Below, piece after piece: positions 40,856-52,426 of a stretch of DNA of 64,000 nt. This DNA is from Bispira polyomma (Eukaryota): NCBI GenBank assembly GCA_965649765.1, contig OZ287748.1, positions 8,246,001 through 8,310,000 on the forward strand, read 5' to 3'. The notes under the pieces are model-generated. The model saw only the letters and a program-made list of their open reading frames with translations, did not search any database and was not told where the DNA came from. The translations under genes were made by a program, and so were the position numbers. How positions within the stretch are numbered: the stretch's first letter is position 1; the number at the start of each line of letters is the position of its first letter.

Positions 40856-43800
40856 TCTTTTTTTTTTTATTATTATTATTTCAAGCTTTAAATTTCTTGA
40901 TCCAAAATAATTTATCTTCTTTTCTTTTTTCCTTTCCGTACATAATTTTCCTAGTGTCTAAAATAATTTATTAATTAGATTCCATTGCTTATGGAATATT
41001 TCATACCTTTGTTCTAGTCTGGCAACACATTCCTGTTCTAAATAAATTTTATGTAAGTATTTACTGAAATTTTGTACGCTTAATTGGCTTGTAGACTTTG
41101 ACGTCCAAAATATGTAAACTTTTGCGGTAATATAAACTATGTTTACTACAATGTTTGAACTTTGTGAAAACATCCCAAAAATGATATATTTTCCATTTAT
41201 TGGGAAATCAATTTTAAGATTGACCTTTATTAAAGTTTCAATATCTCCCCAAAATTTTTTAACCTTTTCACATTGGACAAAAAGATGCAGAACTGTTTCT
41301 ATGCCTGTTCCACAAAAGCTGCAAGTTCCATCTGTTGCAATTTTTACTTTGCACAGATGACCCTTAGTTCCTAAAATTCTATACAAAGTGCGATATTGTG
41401 ACCATATGAGGTAGTTGTCTTTAACTGTTTTAAAGCAGATTTTATATATATTTTTCCAGTCTGCACTAGTTAAAGTTATTCCAAGATTGTCCTCCCAGTA
41501 TGAGTAGAATAACTCATCTGGACTCTTTGCATCTATCAGAATTTTGTAGAAATCCTTACTGCCACTGTTTGACTTGTACAGAAGTCTAAAATTATTGGGA
41601 AAGTTGGGTTTTACGTTTTCTGAATGCAGTAGCTTCAGTTTTTCTAGATAACCTTGTATACATGTTATCACTCTATGATATTCTAAGAAGTTAGTTTTAA
41701 TGCCATATACACTCTGTATTATTTCCTGTGAAATAAAGTCGCCATTATTATACATCAGATCACTAGGGGTTAAAATGCCCCTTTTATACCAATGTGGTAA
41801 ATACAGTTCGGCCTTTGAAATATTCGGGTTATACCAAAGAGGATTCGCTAAAGCTGCGGTGATGTCCTTAATCTTTATATTTGCTTGTACATTACTCCAT
41901 GCACTTAAGACCTCTGACCAAAATTTGTTCTTGCATTTCTTTGAAATATTTATTGCATAACCAGATCCTAACATTACAAGACTAGGAGGCGATTGAATAT
42001 AGGATTCTGCTGCCTTTACCCAAGGTGCATCCATATCTGAGTTCGCTCTACGTATCCAAGTTGATTTTAGAGCACTTATATAACTATTAATATCAATCAT
42101 GTTAAGTCCACCTTTGAGATAACTCTTTTTTAGTGTTAACCTTTTAATTTTATCTGGTTTTTTATCCCATATAAAGTTAAAGAACATTTTCTCAAGTTTC
42201 TTCACAAATTCTTTTCCAGGGGATGGAATTGACAAAAAAATTTAATTTTGACAAAGCTAAAGATTTTATAACAGTAATCTTACCAATAGGGGTAAGATAT
42301 CTTCGGTTCCCAACATAAAGGAGTTTCCGAATGTTTTCGAGAGTAGGATTGTAATTGAGTTCTATCATTGCGTGAAGATTTACAGAAAAACATATACCTA
42401 AGAGATTGAAAGTTCCTGATTCACAATCAAAATTCTGGTTAATATTGAGTTTTTCCTCTGAATGAGTTTTGCTTCCAATCCATACAAGTTTAGTTTTGTC
42501 AATATTGATTTTTAACCCTGAGATAGATCCAAATACTTCTAGAGTACTAAGAGCAGCGTCTAATGAGTGCTTTGATCCATTCAGTATCAAAGTGGTATCG
42601 TCTGCGAACTGAGTAAGTTTGTGCTCAAAACCATTGATCTTAATCCCTTTAATGTTTTTATTATTTGTTATCAAAAGATACAAAATTTGGGCACAAAGTA
42701 TAAATAAATAGACTGATATCGGGTCACCTTGTCTGCAACCCCGCTCAATATCAAAAAAACTAGACAGAGTTCCACACTGGAGAACGGCTGCTTTTACATT
42801 AGTGTTCAAGACTGTTATCCGTTTTTTGAAATTTTCTTTAAATCCAAACAAATCCAAAACTGAATTTAGAAATTTCCAAGATACCGAATCAAAGGCCTTT
42901 TCAAAATCTATAAGCATCAAAAGGCCTGGAATGTTTTCTTTTCCTGTGAAGTGCATAATGTCATAGATTAAACGAATATTTTCACCAATGAAGCGATTAC
43001 TTATGAAGCCTGATTGAGTTGGTGAAATAATTTTCCCTAGGACACGTTTAAGCCTTGCAGATAAAGCAGCAGACGCAATCTTATAGAATACTGATAAAAG
43101 TGAGATAGGCCTCCAGTTTTTTAGAAATTGTCTTGGTTTATCTCCTTTTGGGAGACAAGTAATAACACATTGCCTTAAGGATATAGAAAATTGTCCAGTT
43201 TTGTATCCCTCATTTAATGCTCGCAAAACATAAAATTTTAACTTATTCCAAAAAACTTTCAGAAATTCGGCTGGAAAACCATCAATGCCTGGGGACTTGT
43301 GGTTTTTCATTAGTTTCAATGCCATACTTATTTCCTCTAGTGTTAAGAGACCTTCCAGTAATAGTGCATCGGCCTTGGGCAACTTTTTAAAATTGATAGA
43401 GGATTTTAAACTGTTAAATTGAACTTCCGAGTCTTTACCTTGCCTGTATTTGAAAAGATTCTGATAGAACTGTTTTACTTCTTCTAAAATTTCAAATTGG
43501 TCAGTGACAGTTTGCCCATTTGCCTTTACAATTTTCTTTATAGTTTTTTCAGTGTAGAGTTGCTTTTCTAATGAGCAAAAAAATTTAGACGGCTTTTCGC
43601 TTTCTGAGATCCAATGTGCCCTTCCTCTAATCATATGGCCTTTCAATTTTTCATTTCGAACACTTTCGAGTTCTTTCTTTTTTTCATTCAAAAGGTCAGG
43701 GTGAATGGTATCATTTTCATTTTCTAATGATTCAATTTCCTTAATCAGCATTTTTTCTTTTTTGCAGGCCTTTTTTTTGAATTCTGAGGAAAATTTAATG

Positions 43801-44897
43801 GTTTCTCCTCTTATTTGGAGGAGTAGTACTTCTAAAAATTGATTATCTGAAATAGTGAAGTGAATTTCAGAATCTGATAGTTGGTTTACAGTACAAGGGT
43901 TATACACAGGTAATGCATAGTATAACTTTTCTCTATCTATCAAATTATTAATTTTGATTAAATATTCCTTATCTTTCAAAAGAGAGCAGTTAAATTTCCA
44001 TAAACCACGACCTTTTTCAAATTTGCAAATTGTTATTTCAAGAGTACAAATGGAGTGGTCTGTTCTGTAGCCAGGTTTTATCATACAACTACTTATCAAA
44101 TCGGTCAGGTTATCAGATACAACAAAATAATCCAGACGTGCTTTTCTGATAGGATTTTTTCTATGCCATGTATATCTTCTAAGATCCTTATTTATAAGGC
44201 GAAATGCATCTATCAGACCAAGGCTATTCATGGTTTCTATAAGTACATTCCTTGCTCTAGGGTTATTTAGGTGTTTATAGTTATAACAATCCTTTTTAGG
44301 GTCCAATATAAGGTTAAAGTCCCCACATATTATACAATAATCATGTTTAGAAACCTCAATGTCCTGTTGTAGGTCATTGAAAAAAAGAGGGCAATCTGAA
44401 TTTGGAGCATAAATATTTATCAAACGAATATTGTGCTCCTTCAATGTCAACAGTACAGAGATATAATTACCATGACTGTCCTTTTTTATGGATGATATTT
44501 CATATTCAAGATTCTGACCAATCATAATAGCTACTCCCCTTGAATTTGTCTTACTTCCATTTAAGAAACATTCGCCATGCCATATATTTTTTATATACTT
44601 TTCGTCCTCTGTAAGCCAATGGGTATCTTGAAGACAGTAAATTTCATTATTCATATCACCAAGATATTTTAAGACATCTGTACGTTTTTTTAAGTCTCTA
44701 AGACCTTGGCAGTTAACTGAAAGAATTTTAATGTTTGTCGCCATTATACAATTTTATAAAATATGTTGAAACTGTCATTTTTTAGGAATATGAAGCCAGA
44801 CTTTGAAACCATTATTAAAGGCGATGGTCTAGCCATCTGTGTGCTCCAACAACGTGATAAAATTTCTACTGTGATCTTAAAAATATAATTCCAAGAA
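40611..44897 (-). mobile_element. L1/Tx1-clade non-LTR retrotransposon, ORF2 only, nearly intact (one frameshift near 42235)
   Basis: 850-aa and 425-aa overlapping ORFs with APE, RT (GCRQGDP, FADD) and CSFC...H...C. Poly(A) tail present. 15-bp TSD GTATTGTACATTTTT at 40596-40610 and 44898-44912. Confidence 0.96.
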
Positions 44898-45134
44898 GTA
44901 TTGTACATTTTTAACGCGACTTATTAACGCTAGGCATCTCCTAAGGCACAAAATCAGAATCAATCGGCCAATAAAAAAATCTATAAACATATTATAATTG
45001 TATAACACATAAAAGTGACAAAACTTAATCAGCAAAACTTAATCAGCACCAGTACTATATTACTACTAAAAAATGCCTCAAATGACAAATGCTCCCAGTT
45101 TTAACCTATTAGTCTGCAAAGAACATTAATTTCC

Positions 45135-45638
45135 CATACTTCCCGATCCAGGTTAGGATCAAACTTACTGGCGATAGGATCTAACGTATCACCCTAGGAT
45201 CGAACGTATTGCCCATAGGACCTGATAGATTCATATCCCCGACCATATGGATTGACGTCTAAAAGTCAAAGTCGGGACTAATTATGGTAAAATAACTGAC
45301 AAAATGGGCTTGTATATGTTTTCTCATACATATATTCTTCCCGACCGCCCTGTTCACCCTGTTTTCGCCCCCCAACCTATACTTTTTGAAGAGCCAGTGT
45401 TAGGAGAGGCCATAGAGTGAGATAAGACCTATCAGACAGAACGTATTGATAATAAAATCGACTTATTTGTGGAAGCCAACCTCCCCATTTTTTGAGGTCA
45501 GGGAGGCAAGTCGGGGGACTTTTACAAAATATCAAACAAGTTGGATATCCTTTCCGACCTTCCAGACCACCCTGTTTTTGCCCCAAGACCTCAAAATCGG
45601 GAAGGTCGGGAACCAAATTGTCAATGTGGAACCACCAT
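45135..45638. mobile_element. Partial copy of the 14063-14867 DNA element
   Basis: Shares TTACTGG(T/C)GATAGGATCT, GATCGAAC and ATATCCCCGACC blocks and the right TIR. Confidence 0.7.
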
Positions 45639-48600
45639 TTAAGGCAAATCTCCAAGGCCTGTATTTACCAAAGAACTTAAAAGTAAACTCACAATATCAT
45701 CAAAAAAATTAGTCCCTCTGTGGGTTTGTGTACAAAAAGATATCTAAAATCTGACCCTATATCTATAACTTCCTAGCTGTCTAAAAGCTCCAAATAAAAT
45801 AGATGGGTAGCGTGTACAGGTTCCTACTACAGGTTGTTAACACTTTAAGTCGAACCTCAAGGAACCATTAGAAATACCTCTACTTAAGCAGGATTTCTAC
45901 TTTACTGGCTAGATTTTAAAGGAAAAAAAACTAAATTTTTGTGCCACATATAAAGGGAAATGGAGTCAAAAGAGTTTGAGTTAAAGGGGTGTGTGACTTA
46001 TAGAAAAATTCATGGCTATATCAGTTTAAGCATGAGATCAAGTTTAAGTTTAGGACCCCCCCCCCCCCCACACACACACACACACACACACCTACCTCGG
46101 CCGAAATATATAGCCTAATGTCTATGAAGCTGCCTCGTTAAAGTTCCTTCTAAAAATAAAGGTAATTTCTTCAAAATACATCACTGTAATTTGTGCCCAG
46201 CATCAGACAACAAAGAAGATTTAAGCACGGCTTTTTCTCCCTCCTGAACATTAGACAAATGGAGGAAGGATCTAACATTCTTCCATAAACTGTTTCCTGA
46301 TTTAACATGAGAACGGATAGTAAAAAAAGAAAACCTTTAATTACAGAATTTTTTTGACATTGTACAAAAACTACCTTGTCTACAAAAGCATAACATCTTT
46401 TACCAAGTGGTAGAATTTATCTTGTGAATAGCTTTATAATTTGACCATAACATTGTGTTTTTAGTCATTTTGTGTTTTCAAGCAGGACCTTTTCATGATA
46501 CATATATATTACCGTAAATAAGAATATACTTGTCGTGTCGTGAGTGGTCTGTAAAGCCATTTAGATTAGTCGTAGAATATTTGTAATTAATAAGGGTGCT
46601 TTAACTGTAGCATGTATCAGGTGCATGAAAACTTAGGTAAGGTCAGTGTAAGCTTAGTGGACCTCATGCTGTGGTCACACTGGCCGTATGTTTCGATTAC
46701 GCACAAAAAATGGCTAACGTAAGGTAAAACGTAATGAAACGTAAGCGAAAGGTAATAAACGTAGGTGTAAGATGGTCCCTAATATCACGTTTCTTCAAAA
46801 ACGTAAAAAAAATTCGGACTGCTCAAAATTTGTCATGTTTTCAGCCGTTTTCCTGGAAATGGGTGGTGCGTTCGCAGGAAACGTATTCAATGCGTATTGG
46901 AAGGGGAGTCTTCCAATTATTATAATTATAATCATTTCCTTTACAAGTATAAGGGCCAGGCAATAGATGCTAAAAATACACATATATTTGTAACAATATG
47001 GTAACAATAATTTCCAGAGTAGCAGGTATGGTGACATGGAAATAAATCTATATTTACCTGAACAAATAACAAAGTTATATAAACAGTGTTAAAAAAACTC
47101 GTAGTGTCCAACTGCTTAAAGTATTAAGCAATATACATCCAGACAGACCTAACATTTTTATCACCTTCAGGAAACTGGCTATTATTAATGCTTAAAAGCC
47201 AAGGTCCCACATTCACGAATAAGAACTTATGTGACAAATGTCAAACGAAAGGAAATTCTTAGTAGTAATTCTTGGCAGTTTGGCAGTCGTCATCAAAATA
47301 CCAGGATATTCGGCTTGATTGGCAAGTGATACCAAGAGTTTTAAACATGTCCAAAACTGCCATTGTTTCTAACAAATTTATGACAAATTAGCAGTTCCAA
47401 GTAGGATTGTGTGACATGTGGGCATTCTTGGATAAGAATCGCCGCTATTTATGACCTTCAGAGATCAATCGCCGGTATTCGTGACTTTTTGTAGATCAAT
47501 GACCTTTATTCATGACACATCATGAAGTATTCTTTCATATTGTTGGTTATTTGTCATGTTTTTTTATACAATTCCCCCTGATTTGTAAAAATTACTACTT
47601 GTGCTTGGTTGATCATATTTTTGGCCATTCTCTTTTATGATAAGGCTACCAAAGAACACTTTTTTTGAAAAACTGTGCCACGAGGCGCCATTTTTTTATC
47701 CGCTCACTATCATACAGATTTTGAAGTTGAGAATAATGGTTGGGATGGTCTTGAGTTTGGTAGTAAATTATGGGACAACCTGGGACCAAGCCATTTGTAA
47801 CATCAAGAAGACTATCAATATGTTACACATATCTATTTCTCCCCCTTAGTAAACCCTACATCACATATTCTCTTTCCATAATTCCCCCCCCCCCCAAAAA
47901 AAAAAAAAAAAAATTTACTTAACCTATGCGTTAAATAAACCTGTGTGTAATTCATGTCCTCCTGATTACAGGGGAAAAAATCATTACATGTAAAGAAACG
48001 GTGAATGATACAATATCCTACGGATTAGCTGATTCCTTTCTTAATGCTATAAAAATTGCATGAAGCCTCTGCAAGTCTTTCTTTGCTTATCAAGCAACAG
48101 AAGGAGTTGGACTGACTGTAGATTAATAGTGATTATTTGCTCACATAATAACTTTTTATCGTGACAAGCAGAACGGTTCCCCATTGCATGATACCCCAGA
48201 CTTCAAATATGGAGCCTTACTATATCATGTCCTCATTGCATTAAGGCCAGTCTGGTAGTAGACTATCGGCCCCCATATTCGCCAAAGAAACTCAAAATTC
48301 AACCTCAACTCAAGTGACGTCAGTATATTTAACTCCTATATATGGAAATAATAACCTATACATGTGACCATTCATTTCAACAGAGCTGTCAGTGCTCAAT
48401 TTAAATATGGAGTCCAATAATTGTGTGTGTGTGTTCCCTCTGACCAGAGATATAAGGTGACCTTAAAGTTGAGCTTGAGTCTGAGTTGAGAGCTTAAGTT
48501 TCTTTAGAGGAATACTGAGCCCTGGATCAATAACCTCTTTTGACAGAACATGCAATAAAATAAATTATCACCCATGTATATCTGTATATCACAGGGATGT

Positions 48601-49490
48601 TGTAGTAAAGATGGATATGATAAGGAGATGGATGGATTTTTGTAGTTTTATAGGGGCTGGGGGGGCGGAGAGGGGGAGAGGGGGGAGGGTTAGAGTTGCC
48701 TCTTAAGTCAGAAGATTGATGCAGAAATGAACCATTTATAGGTTGTCTACATCTACCAACAGCGACTAAAATAGGATGTATAGGGACTGAATATTGACCT
48801 TGAAAGAAGAGCTTTTCTGGTTTATCTAATTTTACTTGTCAAGTTAAATAACAGAAATAAAAGGATGGAAAGGATAGTATAGTCCATTTGAATGTAGCAT
48901 GCACAACTGAAAAAAATGATAGAAGTGTAAAATAGATATACAGCTCTAGAATAACATATGGTCTAAAGCTTTAAACAGTCAAAGTCAGAAAGCAATAATT
49001 TTCATTACCTGTCAGAAAACAATACTTTCAATTACCTGCAATGCCTGTGGCAGTTTTACTTCGAGGGACAGAAATAGGTTCCAGACATGTAATTATTGCA
49101 ATGACTAATAAATAAGTCAAAGTTTATTATCTAATTTGTAAAACTGCACTTAACCATGCAATGTTTTGGAAACAAATATTATAAAATCTAGTTTATTTAG
49201 CCAGTGACAGTAAACTTGGCATGCACAGAGTTGCTACTGAATGCTCAAGCAGCCAACATCCTTACTACATTTGGTCATTGCTTTTCTGAAACTAGTGCAT
49301 TGACTGCTATCAGAATTGGAGAGTATAAATTATTTCTCACTTCCAGTAACTTTATCCTGACACAGATATTTACTAACATTCAGAGATATTTCCTTATTTG
49401 GTCAATATGGAATAAGATCACCTGCTTATTGAAGTAAGGAATAAAAGGGGGTGTAAGGACATAATTACACCAGTAAGAGGGGAATATAAT

Positions 49491-49649
49491 TCATATATAT
49501 TTGTTTATGCCAATAGGGTGAATGGAAGGGACATTCCAGATGTATTATAATTCCTTTCTTCTGCGAATGGATGTGCTATCAGGAATGTTTGGATTTCCCA
49601 ACCATTCTATTACACTGAATTCCATATCATTATGGGTATGTTTTTTCTG
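49491..49649 (-). pseudogene. Penelope-type GIY-YIG endonuclease C-terminal remnant
   Basis: Manual translation QKKHTHNDMEFSVIEWLGNPNIPDSTSIRRRKEL*YIWNVPSIHPIGINKYI* fits the PLE pattern H..D..F..IE...R..(R/K)E..WI..L....P.G(L/I)N. One internal stop. Confidence 0.7.
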
Positions 49650-49872
49650 GGTAGAATATTTAGTAGTTGGAGTGTTTCATCACTGAGATTACTTTTGGGA
49701 AAAGGAGTCCCTGCTCCAGGTGTAATATAGGTGGCTGATTCTACACCTTAGGTGCCAATGGCTGAAATCAAGGTTTCTTGTGATACACTAGTAGACATGG
49801 TATGTTCAGAGGTAATAAAGCATATAAGGGTTTATGTCTTGTGTATGAACAAGTAGACTAAATAATATATGT

Positions 49873-49940
49873 AGCCTGATATATATTTCTTTTATCAATA
49901 TATATTTCGATCTATTCTGTAGAAGATCTCATCAGAGGCT
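49873..49940 (-). ncRNA. Type I hammerhead ribozyme (mirror copy)
   Basis: Reverse complement of 52359-52426. Predicted cleavage after 49878 on -. Confidence 0.9.
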
Positions 49941-52358
49941 GAAATGTTAAAACAACTTATTCTCCTAAGGTATGTTTTATAGCCCCGGTTGCTCCGGTGG
50001 TTGCCCCTGTTGCCCCTGTCATTTAGGGGCTATTTATAGACAGCAAAGTGTTATAGTTGTCCATTTTGTTGGGATATATGGCTATAGGGTGTGTATAAGA
50101 AATATGATGATTTCTTCTGACCTTAGATTAGGGAGTTACCATTTATATCAACTTGCATTTCACTCAAACCCATTGCCCCCTACCGATTTAGGGTGGTTGG
50201 GTGTGATTTATATGGTATACTGTAAAACATGGATAGTTTTAAGAATAAGGCATGATCATATTTGATGAATGGAACTTTATTTATATTAAAAGTTGTGGTA
50301 TCCATATGATCACTTAAATAGTGGTATCATAGTATTTACTGCATCAGATAATTTTAATAACTCAAATTGTAGTTTATTAAAATTAGATAAAAATAATTAA
50401 TGTAATTTTTATACAAAAAATGCCAAACAAAAATGTATATATACAAATAAAAAGGATTACTTATTGAAGAGTATAGATGGGTAGCTTAGGGTGAAAGCTC
50501 TCCATATAGGTCCCTCATTTTCATGATGAAGGAGTTGTCCTTTTTTACCAGTGGGTCTTGCTTCCTCCAACTGGTGCTTAGTGGTTTGTCATGGGTCCCA
50601 TCAATGATCACAGTGTTGGTGGTCAGTGCTGGTTTGGTAGGGGAGTATGCCTCATTCACCAGGCTAGACCAGTAGTTGTGCTGGTATGTGCATAGGTAGG
50701 TGTGGTTCTGATCTGTTGATGTTCCATAGGGAAGTATTCTTTGGATAGTTTGAGTAGGTGGTTCTTAGTGTGAACTTTATTAGGGGTCAGTTTGGGCGAA
50801 TTTTGAATGATGTGTTTTGTTTTCATTAGTACTTCTTTTTTGGCTGTTTGTTTACAATTGGTAGGCCAAGCTATTCTTGGCTTGCTCTGGCCTATATTTG
50901 GATCAGAGAACAGATTTATTTCAGGTATAGGCTTTGATAGAGCCTTGGGTGTTATTTTGTTGTTGTTTTTGGCATTTCGGATTTTTTGTGGTGGAAGCCA
51001 GTTCATTGTTGGCTGGGGTGGTTGCTTTTTTTACCATTGGTGGTGGTAATACTACTTGTGGTGTGGTGGGTTGTATCAGACTGTTGTTGTTAGTAATGTC
51101 CACTGTAACAGCTGATAAGTCAACAAGTTGGTTGATCAAAAGTCCTCAGGATTTTACTTTTGATCAACCAACTTGTTGACTTATCAGCTGTTACAGTGGA
51201 CATTACTAACAACAACAATCTGATACAACCCACCACACCACAAGTAGTATTACCACCACCAATGGTAAAAAAAGCAACCACCCCAGCCAACAATGAACTG
51301 GCTTCCACCACAAAAAATCCGAAATGCCAAAAACAACAACAAAATAACACCCAAGGCTCTATCAAAGCCTATACCTGAAATAAATCTGTTCTCTGATCCA
51401 AATATAGGCCAGAGCAAGCCAAGAATAGCTTGGCCTACCAATTGTAAACAAACAGCCAAAAAAGAAGTACTAATGAAAACAAAACACATCATTCAAAATT
51501 CGCCCAAACTGACCCCTAATAAAGTTCACACTAAGAACCACCTACTCAAACTATCCAAAGAATACTTCCCTATGGAACATCAACAGATCAGAACCACACC
51601 TACCTATGCACATACCAGCACAACTACTGGTCTAGCCTGGTGAATGAGGCATACTCCCCTACCAAACCAGCACTGACCACCAACACTGTGATCATTGATG
51701 GGACCCATGACAAACCACTAAGCACCAGTTGGAGGAAGCAAGACCTACTGGTAAAAAAGGACAACTCCTTCATCATGAAAATGAGGGACCTATATGGAGA
51801 GCTTTCACCCTAAGCTACCCATCTATACTCTTCAATAAGTAATCCTTTTTATTTGTATATATACATTTTTGTTTGGCATTTTTTGTATAAAAATTACATT
51901 AATTATTTTTATCTAATTTTAATAAACTACAATTTGAGTTATTAAAATTATCTGATGCAGTAAATACTATGATACCACTATTTAAGTGATCATATGGATA
52001 CCACAACTTTTAATATAAATAAAGTTCCATTCATCAAATATGATCATGCCTTATTCTTAAAACTATCCATGTTTTACAGTATACCATATAAATCACACCC
52101 AACCACCCTAAATCGGTAGGGGGCAATGGGTTTGAGTGAAATGCAAGTTGATATAAATGGTAACTCCCTAATCTAAGGTCAGAAGAAATCATCATATTTC
52201 TTATACACACCCTATAGCCATATATCCCAACAAAATGGACAACTATAACACTTTGCTGTCTATAAATAGCCCCTAAATGACAGGGGCAACAGGGGCAACC
52301 ACCGGAGCAACCGGGGCTATAAAACATACCTTAGGAGAATAAGTTGTTTTAACATTTC

Positions 52359-52426
52359 AGCCTCTGATGAGATCTTCTACAGAATAGATCGAAATATATA
52401 TTGATAAAAGAAATATATATCAGGCT
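52359..52426 (+). ncRNA. Type I hammerhead ribozyme
   Basis: AGCCT (stem I) - CTGATGA - GATCT/AGATC (stem II, 10-nt loop) - GAAA - TATATATT/AATATATA (stem III) - TC - AGGCT (stem I). All core nucleotides are present. AUC triplet with predicted cleavage after 52421. Confidence 0.9.

Noticed and set aside
49972-52327. Mirrored ORF pairs (97, 81 and 80 aa) as duplicated host genes
   Set aside because: They are by-products of the inverted repeat. The Cys/Phe-rich frames are antisense shadows with no recognisable domain or splice structure.
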